Shown one piece after another: positions 20,622-30,035 of a stretch of DNA of 63,461 nt (within the stretch, counting starts at the first letter, position 1; each line of letters begins with the position of its first letter). The notes beneath the pieces are model-generated. The model had not been told where the DNA came from. It worked only from the letters and a program-made list of their open reading frames with translations, and made no database searches. The stretch is taken from sequence record DRR378314_1709; one strand, 5' to 3'. A program made the translations under genes and the position numbers.

Positions 20622-20668
20622 AAAAAGCGTCTCTGTTTAGTAGATAACCACCACTATAACAGAGACGC
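20622..20668 (-). terminator. Intrinsic terminator ending the ivd operon
   Basis: 11-bp stem GCGTCTCTGTT/AACAGAGACGC followed by TTTTT on the minus strand. Confidence 0.7.
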
Positions 20669-20708
20669 CCTTAGTTCGGCTATTTATCATTACTTTATCT
20701 AATGTGAC

Positions 20709-21473
20709 TTACAACCGAACGCCGCCGTCAATTTCGACCACACGGCCGCTGAAGAAGTCATTTTCAATAATGTAGCGCGCACTGTGGGCAATTTCATTGG
20801 GCTGGCCCCAGCGTTTTAGCGGAACCATAGACAACGCGCGATCAACCGCTTCAGGTTTCATCTGTGCCGTCATTGGAGTTTCAATAAAGCCCGGCGCAAT
20901 GGCACCGCAGCGAATGCCGTAACGACCCAGTTCGCGAGCCCAGGTCACCGTCATAGCAACCACACCGGCTTTGGTTGCGGAATAGTTAGTCTGTCCCATA
21001 TTACCAGCACGCGCGACGCTGGAAATATTGATGATAACGCCTTTCTTGCCGGCTTTTACCATCTGTGCCGCGGCTTCACGGCCGCATAAGAAGGTACCGG
21101 TGAGATTCACATCCAGTACCGACTGGAACTGTTGTAAAGGCATTTTCTGTTTCAGTTCGCCGTCTTTGAATTTGATCAGCAAGCCGTCACGCAATAGGCC
21201 TGCGTTGTTCACCAGCACATCAATGCCATCAAACTCTTGCTGAATTTGCTCAAATACGGTTTCTACCGACTCTTCGTCAGTGATATCAACTTCATAACCA
21301 ACCACTTTGGCTGCGCCCAACTTTTCGCATTGCTCCTGAGCTTCACCTAATACGTCGCCGTTAATATCAATAAGCGCAAGTTTGGCACCTTGTCTGGCGA
21401 AATCTTCAGCCATCGCAAGGCCCAGCCCCTGAGCACCACCGGTAATAACAATGACACTGTCTTTAATTTGCAT
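20709..21473 (-). CDS. SDR oxidoreductase (IvdG-like 3-hydroxyacyl-CoA dehydrogenase)
   Basis: TGGAQGLG, NNAG and YSATK motifs. Last gene of the ivd-type operon. Start at ATG 21473. Confidence 0.85.
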   Translation of the reverse strand: MQIKDSVIVITGGAQGLGLAMAEDFARQGAKLALIDINGDVLGEAQEQCEKLGAAKVVGYEVDITDEESVETVFEQIQQEFDGIDVLVNNAGLLRDGLLIKFKDGELKQKMPLQQFQSVLDVNLTGTFLCGREAAAQMVKAGKKGVIINISSVARAGNMGQTNYSATKAGVVAMTVTWARELGRYGIRCGAIAPGFIETPMTAQMKPEAVDRALSMVPLKRWGQPNEIAHSARYIIENDFFSGRVVEIDGGVRL

Positions 21474-21493
21474 GTGTTTCCCCAATTCTTAGG

Positions 21494-22390
21494 TTACTTC
21501 TGTGACTTAGGTGCCACATAATTAAAAATACTGGAAAAGTCCTGGCGACCATGGCCTTGCTCAGACCAGCTGTGGTAAAGGTTGCGAGTCAGTGATCCCA
21601 TAGGCGTTGCGGCACCGCTTTCTAATGCGGTTTGTTGCGCCAGACCTAAATCTTTAGCCATTAAGTCAACCAGAAAGCCGCCTTGGTAGTCGTTACTTGA
21701 AGGCACGTTGTCCATTACCCCTGGGCATGGATTATATACCTGTAATGTCCAATTACTACCCGAGCTTGCCAGCATAATTTCCGATAAAACTTTCGGGTCC
21801 AACCCGTTAGCCTTACCTAATTGCAGAGCTTCAGAAGTCCCCACCATTAATACTGACAACAACATGTTATTACAGATTTTTGCAATCTGTCCGGCACCGA
21901 CATCACCGGCGCGGAAAACATTTTTGCCCATGTCGTTAAGCACGCTACGAGCCCGGTCAACGTTAGTTTCTGTACCACCGCAAATAAAGGTTAAGGTACC
22001 CGCTTTCGCGCCACCAACACCACCAGAAACAGGGGCGTCGATAAAGGCAATACCAGCTTTCTCTAACTGTTCACCCACATACATAGCGGTTTCAGAAGAA
22101 ATGGTACTGCAATCAATAACGAGCTGATCTTTATTCAGCTTGTTGATTAGGCCGTCGTCACCAAGGTAAACGCCTTTTACGTGACGGTCTGCAGGCAGCA
22201 TAGACACCACAAATTCAGCTCCGTCGATGGCTTCAGCTGCTGTTTTCGCAGCCTGTGCACCGTCAGCAACTATCGCTTTAAGTGCTTCCTCAGATAAGTC
22301 AAAAGCCTTAACCTTGTGGCCGGCTTTTGCCAGATTGCTGGCCATTGGGCCACCCATGTTACCCAGTCCAATAAATCCTACGGTTGCCAT
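21494..22390 (-). CDS. mmsB: 3-hydroxyisobutyrate dehydrogenase
   Basis: FIGLGNMGGPMA, DAPVSGG and GAGQIAKICNNML motifs. Confidence 0.95.
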   Translation of the reverse strand: MATVGFIGLGNMGGPMASNLAKAGHKVKAFDLSEEALKAIVADGAQAAKTAAEAIDGAEFVVSMLPADRHVKGVYLGDDGLINKLNKDQLVIDCSTISSETAMYVGEQLEKAGIAFIDAPVSGGVGGAKAGTLTFICGGTETNVDRARSVLNDMGKNVFRAGDVGAGQIAKICNNMLLSVLMVGTSEALQLGKANGLDPKVLSEIMLASSGSNWTLQVYNPCPGVMDNVPSSNDYQGGFLVDLMAKDLGLAQQTALESGAATPMGSLTRNLYHSWSEQGHGRQDFSSIFNYVAPKSQK

Positions 22391-22417
22391 AAAGGCACTC
22401 CTTCTTGTTAATTCGTT

Positions 22418-23539
22418 TTATTTATCAAGATCGGCTAATGGATGCGTTCGCTCGCCCCAGGGCGGTAAAAAGAATGCATCAACCTCTTCCGCTGGTACTT
22501 CGGCTACCGAGCTATGCTGCCATTGTGGATTCTTATCTTTATCAATCAGCAGTGCCCGAATACCTTCGGCAAAGTCACCACGAACTGCACAGTTACAGGA
22601 CAAGGTTAGCTCTAAACGGAAACAGTCAGCCAAAGACAAGTCAGAGCCTTGCTGCAACTGGTTCCAGACCAGGTGCGATGTAAACGGACAACCATTGGCC
22701 AGGTTCTTACGCGCCCGCGCCAGCCATTTATCATCGGTTTCGTCACTGACAATACGTTCAACAATTTCACCAATATCATTGCCCGTTGTCAGCTCTGTTA
22801 TTAGCTTCTGATGTGGTTCTACCTGAGGCGTGGGTAATGCTGTTGGGTCACTACTTGCCACGTCACTCAGTAAGTCCGTCACTTTTTGTTTGTTCAGAGC
22901 CTCAGTATTGCCCCATTGAACTTCTTTCAGCTTATTCAGAATGCTTTCTTTGCTCTCATGCCCAACAAAGTGATCGGCCAGGTTCAGATACAGTGCATCG
23001 TTCGCATTCATCGTTGCGCCGGTAATACCTAAGAACAAACCGCAACCTTGTGGCATGCGATTAAGGAAGTAGGTCGCACCAACATCCGGGTACAAACCAA
23101 TAGTCACTTCCGGCATAGCCAGTAACGAACGTTCAGTCACAATACGGTGGCTGGCGCCATTCATTAGCCCCATACCGCCGCCCATCACAATGCCGTCACC
23201 CCAGCAAATAAGAGGTTTAGGGAAGGTCTGAATAAAGTAGTCCAGTTGATATTCCTGGGTGAAGAAGTTTTCGACTTCTTCCACTAATTTGCCCGGCTCT
23301 GCCTGCATGGCTTTATACATAGCGACAATGTCACCACCGGCACAGAAGGCTTTTTCACCGGCGCCCTGTAACCAGACACAAGCAACTTTGTCATCATCTG
23401 CCCATTTTTTCAGCTGCGGTAACAGCTTTTCAGCCATTGCCAAGCTTAGGGCATTCAATGATTTCTCGGAATTTAACGTAGCAACGCCGATGACTTTGTC
23501 ACCGGCGTTCAGTTCTTCAAAAAGTACAACGTCTTGCAT
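22418..23539 (-). CDS. 3-hydroxyisobutyryl-CoA hydrolase-like crotonase (IvdE)
   Basis: KAFCAGGD, GIVMGGG.GL, AMPEVTIGLYPDVG and DFAEGIRALLIDKD.NPQW motifs. Confidence 0.9.
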   Translation of the reverse strand: MQDVVLFEELNAGDKVIGVATLNSEKSLNALSLAMAEKLLPQLKKWADDDKVACVWLQGAGEKAFCAGGDIVAMYKAMQAEPGKLVEEVENFFTQEYQLDYFIQTFPKPLICWGDGIVMGGGMGLMNGASHRIVTERSLLAMPEVTIGLYPDVGATYFLNRMPQGCGLFLGITGATMNANDALYLNLADHFVGHESKESILNKLKEVQWGNTEALNKQKVTDLLSDVASSDPTALPTPQVEPHQKLITELTTGNDIGEIVERIVSDETDDKWLARARKNLANGCPFTSHLVWNQLQQGSDLSLADCFRLELTLSCNCAVRGDFAEGIRALLIDKDKNPQWQHSSVAEVPAEEVDAFFLPPWGERTHPLADLDK

Positions 23540-23548
23540 GGAATCTCC

Positions 23549-24706
23549 TTACAAGATTTCGCGATCGTTATCAGCCAGAATGCGACGTCCAATAATCATG
23601 CGCATAACTTCGTTTGTGCCTTCCAGAATCTGGTGCACACGAACATCACGCACATGGCGCTCTAACGGATACTCTTTAATGTAGCCATAACCACCGTGCA
23701 GCTGCAGTGCGTCGTTACACACTTTAAAACCAACATCGGTCGCAAACTGTTTTGCCATAGCACAATAGGTAGTTTTATCAGCATCGTTGTTATCGACTTT
23801 ACTGGCTGCCAGACGCACCATTTGACGGGCCGCAACCAGCTCAGTCGCCATATCGGCTAACTTAAACTGTAGCGCCTGAAAAGCCGCGAGGGGCTTACCA
23901 AATTGCGTACGTTCCTGCATATAAGCTTTGGCAGTATTTAATGCCGCTTGCGCTGTACCCACAGAACACACCGCAATGTTAATGCGTCCGCCGTCTAAGC
24001 CCATCATGGCAAACTTAAAGCCTTCGCCTTCTTTACCCAGCAGGTTTTCTGCCGGAATGCGAACGTCTTCAAAAGTCACTAAGCGGGTAGGCTGTGCATT
24101 CCAGCCCATTTTATCTTCGGCTTTACCGTAAATAACACCTTTCGCGTCCGCCGGTACAGCAAAGGCAGAAATGCCTTTAGGTCCGTCTTCGCCAGTACGA
24201 GCCATAACCACTAAAACGTCAGTTTCACCGGCACCGGAGATGAACATTTTAGAGCCATTTAAGACGTACTCGTCGCCGTCTTTTTTCGCACTGGTACGCA
24301 AGCTGGCAGCGTCTGAACCAGAGCCGGGTTCAGTCAGGCAGTAAGAGCCAAGCTTCTCACCGGTAACCAATTCTGGTACCCACTGGTCAATCACTGACTG
24401 TTGGCCGAAAGAACCAATCATCCAGGTGACCATGTTATGAATCGTCATCATGGCGGTGGTTGCGGTACAACCACCCGCCAACTGCTCAAAAATAAGCGCT
24501 GAGTCCAGACGGCTCATTCCGAAGCCGCCAGCCTCTTCCGGCGTGTACATGCCCATAAAGCCCATTTCACCAGCTTTACGGAACACTTCAACGGGGAAAT
24601 AATGCTCTTCGTCCCACTTAGCCGCATTAGGCGCCAGCTCTTTGTCGGCAAAAGCTTTGGCTGTATCCACAAAGGCTTGCTGGTCTTCTGTCAATTCGAA
24701 ATTCAT
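23549..24706 (-). CDS. Isobutyryl-CoA-type acyl-CoA dehydrogenase (IvdC)
   Basis: YCLTEPGSGSDAASL, KMGWNAQPT, QLHGGYGY and HQILEGTNE motifs. Confidence 0.92.
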   Translation of the reverse strand: MNFELTEDQQAFVDTAKAFADKELAPNAAKWDEEHYFPVEVFRKAGEMGFMGMYTPEEAGGFGMSRLDSALIFEQLAGGCTATTAMMTIHNMVTWMIGSFGQQSVIDQWVPELVTGEKLGSYCLTEPGSGSDAASLRTSAKKDGDEYVLNGSKMFISGAGETDVLVVMARTGEDGPKGISAFAVPADAKGVIYGKAEDKMGWNAQPTRLVTFEDVRIPAENLLGKEGEGFKFAMMGLDGGRINIAVCSVGTAQAALNTAKAYMQERTQFGKPLAAFQALQFKLADMATELVAARQMVRLAASKVDNNDADKTTYCAMAKQFATDVGFKVCNDALQLHGGYGYIKEYPLERHVRDVRVHQILEGTNEVMRMIIGRRILADNDREIL

Positions 24707-24718
24707 CGTTATCCCCTA

Positions 24719-26218
24719 TTATCTCAGGTTAATTGACATGTTCGGACCTGCTGGATCTTCAAGGTCGCTCTCAAACCAACGCGCTGTTACTGTCTTAGTT
24801 TCGCTGTAGAAGCGAACGCCCTGCTTACCATAAGCGTGAAGGTCACCAAAGAATGAACGCTTCCAGCCAGTAAATGAGAAGAACGGCAGTGGTACCGGAA
24901 TTGGAATGTTGATACCGACCTGACCCACTTCAACTTCGTGCTGGTATTTACGCGCGGCGGCACCACTTGCGGTAAAGATAGAAGTACCATTACCGTAAGG
25001 GTTGTTGTTAACCAATTCCAAAGCGTCTTCAAGGCTGTCCACTTCTGTGGCGCACAATACCGGACCGAAAATTTCCGTTTTATAAATTTCCATATCCGGC
25101 GTTACGTTAGAGAAGACCGTTGGGCCAACCCAGTTGCCGTTTGGCAGACCGTCAACTTTGCAATTACGACCATCAACCAGCAATTTAGCGCCTTCTTTCT
25201 CACCCTGAGTAATCAAAGCTTCAACGCGTTCTTTCGCTTGTGGACTAATAACCGGGCCATAAGCGGCACCTTCGTCATTCCATGCGCCCGGACGAACCTT
25301 AGCAATAGCTTCCGCTATTTCAGGGATCCACTCTTTTGCCGCGCCAACAAATACTGCGACAGAAATAGCCATACAACGTTGACCCGCCGCACCGACAGAA
25401 GAGCCCACCATATTGTTGATGACTTGCTGTTTATTGGCGTCAGGCATAATAACGCAATGGTTTTTCGCACCGGCAAAGGCCTGTACACGCTTACCATTTT
25501 CAGTACCACGGCGGTAAATATATTCAGCAACCGGCACTGAGCCTACAAAAGACAAGGCACGAACGTCGGGGTGGTCTAACAGAAAGTCGACCTGTTCTTT
25601 ATTGCCGTGCAATACCTGTAGTACGCCTTTCGGTGCGCCTGCTTCTTCGAACAGTTCAGCCAAACGGGTTGGCGTTAACGGATCTTGCTCGGAAGGCTTC
25701 AGAATGAAGGTATTACCACAAGCAATGGCCAGCGGGAACATCCACAGTGGGATCATCGCCGGAAAGTTAAACGGCGTAATACCAGCGCAAACACCTAATG
25801 GCTGAGTGTAGCTGTAAGAATCAATTTTACGGGCAACGTTTTCAACGGTCTCGCCCATTAATAACGAAGGAATATTCGCCGCGTGTTCAACCACTTCAAT
25901 ACCACGCCAGACATCACCTTTGGCATCTTCAAAAGTTTTACCAGTTTCTTGCGCCAGAGTCTCTGCAATTTCTTCCTGATGTTCTTTTAACAAGGCCTGA
26001 TAACGCATCATTACGCGAGCACGCTCAGAAACCGGCACTTCTTTCCAGGTTTTAAAAGCTTCGCGGGCACTCTCAACCGCCGCGTCCATTTCGCTCTGAG
26101 TAGCAACTGGCACTTGAGCAATAACTTCCTGAGTTGCAGGGTTGGTCACAGGAATCCACTGTTCTGACTTCGAGGCGATAAATTCGCCATCTATATACAG
26201 AGGCACTTTCTTAGACAT
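24719..26218 (-). CDS. mmsA: CoA-acylating methylmalonate-semialdehyde dehydrogenase
   Basis: [35 protein letters not shown] and GINIPIPVP motifs. Confidence 0.96.
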   Translation of the reverse strand: MSKKVPLYIDGEFIASKSEQWIPVTNPATQEVIAQVPVATQSEMDAAVESAREAFKTWKEVPVSERARVMMRYQALLKEHQEEIAETLAQETGKTFEDAKGDVWRGIEVVEHAANIPSLLMGETVENVARKIDSYSYTQPLGVCAGITPFNFPAMIPLWMFPLAIACGNTFILKPSEQDPLTPTRLAELFEEAGAPKGVLQVLHGNKEQVDFLLDHPDVRALSFVGSVPVAEYIYRRGTENGKRVQAFAGAKNHCVIMPDANKQQVINNMVGSSVGAAGQRCMAISVAVFVGAAKEWIPEIAEAIAKVRPGAWNDEGAAYGPVISPQAKERVEALITQGEKEGAKLLVDGRNCKVDGLPNGNWVGPTVFSNVTPDMEIYKTEIFGPVLCATEVDSLEDALELVNNNPYGNGTSIFTASGAAARKYQHEVEVGQVGINIPIPVPLPFFSFTGWKRSFFGDLHAYGKQGVRFYSETKTVTARWFESDLEDPAGPNMSINLR

Positions 26219-26287
26219 AATTCACCTTCTTATTGTGTTATTTTGTCATCTATTGATGAGCTAAATTTAGTTAAGTGAGCCTTTTAC

Positions 26288-27166
26288 GTGACCCTCTTAA
26301 TTCTGATTACTTTACTTTGGGCCGCCAGTTTTTCGCTAATTGGCGTTTACCTTGCGGGCCAGGTTGATGGTTATCTGGTTGTCTTTATTCGCATGATTTT
26401 AGCACTGATAACAGTGTTGCCCTTATTCCGCTGGCGTCATCTGTCGCCCCAAAATGGGCAATTGCCTCAACTAGCTAAACTGGCCGTTATTGGCGCTGTA
26501 CAAATTGGCGCCATGTATTTGTTTCTTTATCATGCGTTTTTGTATTTGAGCGTTGCCGAAGTGCTTTTGTTCACTATCTTTACACCACTCTACATAACGC
26601 TAATTGATGAGCTGATACTTAACCGCAAGCATCTGCCGCTGTTATGGTGGATAGCCGCTGCAGTATCGGTATGCGGTGCCGCCATTATTCGCTATCAACC
26701 CTTGTCCGATGACTTCATCACCGGCTTCTTTTTAATTCAGGCAGCCAATGCCTGCTTTGCCGCCGGTCAAGTTGCTTATAAACGTTTACCCACGGGTAAA
26801 ACCTTAGAACAAAGCCAGCAATTTGCCGCCTTTTTCTTTGGCGCCAGTGTTATCGCCGGCCTTGGTGTTTTATTCTTTGGCGACTTAACCAAAATGCCGA
26901 CCACCAATCTTCAATGGGGCATTTTATTGTGGCTCGGTATTGTTGCCTCCGGGCTTGGTTACCTTGGTTGGAACCTTTCCGGTAAACGAGTCAATACCGG
27001 GCAACTGGCCACCATGAACAATGCGTTAATTCCCGCGGGCATTTTGGTTAATGTCATTTTTTGGGAACAGTCTTTCGACTATACCCGGTTAAGCATTGGC
27101 GCTCTTATTATTATTCTTGCCGTATGGCTGGCAGGACGGGTTAACAAACTTAAACCCGCCCGCTAA
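26288..27166 (+). CDS. EamA/DMT transporter, YigM/BioP-like
   Basis: About 10 TM helices. N-terminus LL..TLLWA.SFSL.G.YLAG.VD.Y....R, plus EVLLFTIFTPLYITL and MNNALIPAG, resemble E. coli YigM. Confidence 0.8.
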   Translation: MTLLILITLLWAASFSLIGVYLAGQVDGYLVVFIRMILALITVLPLFRWRHLSPQNGQLPQLAKLAVIGAVQIGAMYLFLYHAFLYLSVAEVLLFTIFTPLYITLIDELILNRKHLPLLWWIAAAVSVCGAAIIRYQPLSDDFITGFFLIQAANACFAAGQVAYKRLPTGKTLEQSQQFAAFFFGASVIAGLGVLFFGDLTKMPTTNLQWGILLWLGIVASGLGYLGWNLSGKRVNTGQLATMNNALIPAGILVNVIFWEQSFDYTRLSIGALIIILAVWLAGRVNKLKPAR

Positions 27167-27174
27167 CCAACGCT

Positions 27175-28356
27175 TTAGATCATTTCTACGGCCAGAGCAA
27201 CGGCTTCACCACCACCAATACACAGTGAGGTGATACCCCGTTTCTGGCCTTTTTGTTTCAGTGCATGCAGCAAAGTAACCAATAACCGCGCACCACTTGC
27301 GCCAATAGGATGCCCTAAAGCACAGGCTCCGCCATGCACATTCACTTTAGCCGGATCCAGTTTCATTTGCTGAATTGCCAGCATAGTTACCATGGCAAAG
27401 GCTTCATTAATTTCCCATAAATCGACGTCGTCTTTAGTCCAGTCCAGCTTACCCAGCAAAGAATTCATTGCACCAATTGGCGCAACGGTAAATTCAGACG
27501 GCGCCTGAGAATGCGTAGTATGACCCATAACTCGCGCCAGCGGCTGCAGGCCCTTGGCCTTTGCATCGCTCTCACGCATTAAAATAAGTGCTGCGGCGCC
27601 ATCAGAAATAGAACTGGAATTAGCCGCAGTAATGGTGCCGTCTTTTTTAAATGCCGCACGCAACTGAGGAATTTTGTCCAGACGCGCTTTACCCGGTTGC
27701 TCGTCAGTATCGACAGTGACGTCGCCTTTACGAGTAGAATATGTAACTGGGGTGATTTCGTCTTTAAAAAAGCCATCTTTAATAGCAGCCTGAGCTTTGG
27801 TAAGTGAATGAATGGCAAATTCATCCATTGCTTCACGACCCAGACCGTATTCGTCAGCGGTGTCCTGAGCGTAACACCCCATAGCTTTATGCTCGTAGGC
27901 GTCTTCCAAACCGTCCAGCATCATATGATCCAGCACTTGTCCGTGCCCCATACGATAGCCGCTGCGGCCTTTTGGCAGCATGTAAGGTGCATTCGACATG
28001 CTTTCCATGCCACCGGCCAGCACCACGTCTGCTGAGCCCGCTTTAATTAAATCGTGCGCCATCATTGCAGCTTTCAATCCGGAGCCGCATACTTTATTAA
28101 TGGTGGTCGCGCCCGTTGAGCGAGGTAGATCCGCATGCAGCATTGCCTGACGCGCTGGTGCCTGACCTAAACCGGCAGGTAACACATTGCCCATGATAAC
28201 TTCTGAAATATCATCGGCTGCTAAACCGCTGTTATTCAGCGCTGCTTTTATAGCTGTTGCGCCCAAATTGGGAGCAGTAACTTCACTCAAGCTGCCCTGA
28301 AAACCGCCCATTGGCGTACGATTGGCCGCTACTATAACGATAGAATCGCTCGACAT
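27175..28356 (-). CDS. Acetyl-CoA C-acyltransferase (thiolase, IvdA)
   Basis: RTPMGGFQG, TINKVCGSG, NEAFA, GGACALGHPIGASG and CIGGG motifs. Confidence 0.95.
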   Translation of the reverse strand: MSSDSIVIVAANRTPMGGFQGSLSEVTAPNLGATAIKAALNNSGLAADDISEVIMGNVLPAGLGQAPARQAMLHADLPRSTGATTINKVCGSGLKAAMMAHDLIKAGSADVVLAGGMESMSNAPYMLPKGRSGYRMGHGQVLDHMMLDGLEDAYEHKAMGCYAQDTADEYGLGREAMDEFAIHSLTKAQAAIKDGFFKDEITPVTYSTRKGDVTVDTDEQPGKARLDKIPQLRAAFKKDGTITAANSSSISDGAAALILMRESDAKAKGLQPLARVMGHTTHSQAPSEFTVAPIGAMNSLLGKLDWTKDDVDLWEINEAFAMVTMLAIQQMKLDPAKVNVHGGACALGHPIGASGARLLVTLLHALKQKGQKRGITSLCIGGGEAVALAVEMI

Positions 28357-28373
28357 TTTTCCTCCAAATGCAC

Positions 28374-28389
28374 TTTACGTTAACGTAAA
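28374..28389. promoter_or_regulatory. LiuR operator overlapping the -35 of a putative liuR promoter
   Basis: Perfect 16-bp palindrome TTTACGTTAACGTAAA matching the LiuR consensus, between the divergent thiolase and liuR genes. TTTACG-N17-TAAGCT (28374-28402) is a plausible sigma70 promoter. Confidence 0.88.
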
Positions 28390-28434
28390 CTTCCTCTAAG
28401 CTTAGATCTTAGGACAACCAAAAAGCAAGTACCG

Positions 28435-28854
28435 ATGAACAATAAAGTGACCTACAGTATTGGCGAACTGGCAAAAGAATTTGACATTACCACCCGCAGC
28501 ATTCGTTTTTATGAGGACGAAGGCTTGCTTTCCCCCAGACGCCAGGGGCAACAGCGCATATATACCAACAAAGACCGGGTTCGTTTAAAGCTGATTCTAC
28601 GCGGCAAACGACTCGGTTTTTCACTGGCCGAAACCCGTCGTTTGTTCGAACTTTACGACGCGGATAATAGCAGTGCGGCCCAGCTCGAAAAGGTACTTGA
28701 GCTGGTCAGTGAGAAAAAACACTCACTTAAACAACAAATGGAAGATATTAATGTGTTACTGACCGAACTCAGTGGTCTGGAGCAACGTTGCCAAGACGAG
28801 CTCGAGAATATTCAGTCGTCAGTTTCAGAAGTTCATTCTCAGGAGTCGTTATGA
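28435..28854 (+). CDS. liuR: MerR-family regulator LiuR
   Basis: [26 protein letters not shown] and [18 protein letters not shown] motifs. Heads the liu operon. Confidence 0.93.
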   Translation: MNNKVTYSIGELAKEFDITTRSIRFYEDEGLLSPRRQGQQRIYTNKDRVRLKLILRGKRLGFSLAETRRLFELYDADNSSAAQLEKVLELVSEKKHSLKQQMEDINVLLTELSGLEQRCQDELENIQSSVSEVHSQESL

Positions 28855-30020
28855 TCAGTCAATATACCACCTTTAACTTTGGTCTCGGCGAAACAGCCGA
28901 TATGATCCGTGAACAGGTTAATGCCTTCGCGCGTGATGAAATAGCCCCACGCGCCGCCGAAATTGATGAAAAAAATGAATTTCCCGGCGATTTATGGCAA
29001 AAACTTGGCGACATGGGTTTGCTTGGCTTAACCGTTGCTGAAGAATATGGTGGTTCCGGCATGGGCTACCTTGAACATGTTATTGCTATGGAAGAAATTA
29101 GCCGCGCGTCTGCCTCGGTTGGCTTAAGTTATGGTGCCCATTCAAACCTTTGTGTTAACCAAATTCACCGTAATGGTAACGAAGAACAGAAGAAAAAATA
29201 CTTACCGAAACTGTGCACCGGTGAACACGTTGGCGCTTTAGCTATGAGTGAACCTAATGCCGGTTCTGATGTAGTCAGCATGAAATTACGTGCAGAGAAG
29301 AAAGGCGACAAGTACATTCTGAACGGCAATAAAATGTGGATCACTAACGGTCCGGAAGCTAATGTCTTCGTAATTTACGCTAAAACCGAACCCGAGAAGA
29401 ACTCACGGGGCATTACGGCCTTTATCGTTGAAAAAGACACACCAGGATTCAGCCAGGCGCAAAAACTCGACAAACTTGGTATGCGTGGTTCAAATACCTG
29501 TGAACTGGTCTTCGAAGATGTCGAGATTCCTGAAGAAAACATTCTGGGTGAACTTAACGACGGCGTTAAAGTGTTGATGAGTGGCCTTGATTACGAGCGC
29601 GCTGTTCTTGCAGCGGGCCCTTTAGGCATTATGCAGGCCTGCCTTGATACTTGCGTACCTTATATTCATGATCGTAAACAGTTCGGTAAAGAGATCGGCG
29701 AATTCCAGCTAATTCAGGGCAAAGTTGCTGATATGTACACTCGCACCAATGCGGCGCGTGCCTACGTTTACGCCGTGGCTCAATCTTGCGACCGTGGCGA
29801 GACCACTCGTAAAGATGCCGCCGGAGCAATTCTTTACGCCGCAGAATTAGCCACTCAGCTAGCACTGGACGCTATTCAGTTATTGGGCGGTAACGGCTAC
29901 ATTAACGAATACCCCACAGGACGCCTGCTACGTGACGCCAAGCTATACGAAATTGGCGCTGGTACGTCAGAAATTCGCCGTATGCTCATTGGCCGCGAAC
30001 TGTTCACTGAATCCAAATAA
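28851..30020 (+). CDS. liuA: Isovaleryl-CoA dehydrogenase
   Basis: [29 protein letters not shown] and [12 protein letters not shown] motifs. ATG 28851 follows AGGAG and overlaps the liuR stop (ATGA). Confidence 0.96.
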   Translation: MISQYTTFNFGLGETADMIREQVNAFARDEIAPRAAEIDEKNEFPGDLWQKLGDMGLLGLTVAEEYGGSGMGYLEHVIAMEEISRASASVGLSYGAHSNLCVNQIHRNGNEEQKKKYLPKLCTGEHVGALAMSEPNAGSDVVSMKLRAEKKGDKYILNGNKMWITNGPEANVFVIYAKTEPEKNSRGITAFIVEKDTPGFSQAQKLDKLGMRGSNTCELVFEDVEIPEENILGELNDGVKVLMSGLDYERAVLAAGPLGIMQACLDTCVPYIHDRKQFGKEIGEFQLIQGKVADMYTRTNAARAYVYAVAQSCDRGETTRKDAAGAILYAAELATQLALDAIQLLGGNGYINEYPTGRLLRDAKLYEIGAGTSEIRRMLIGRELFTESK

Positions 30021-30035
30021 TAAGGAGGCAACGCC

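Noticed and set aside
21708..25540. Several 139-200 aa plus-strand ORFs opposite the ivd genes
   Set aside because: Typical antisense open frames produced by the codon bias of conserved enzymes.
26283..26298. TTTACGT half-site at the EamA start as a second LiuR operator
   Set aside because: The second half (GACCCTCTT) does not match the palindrome.
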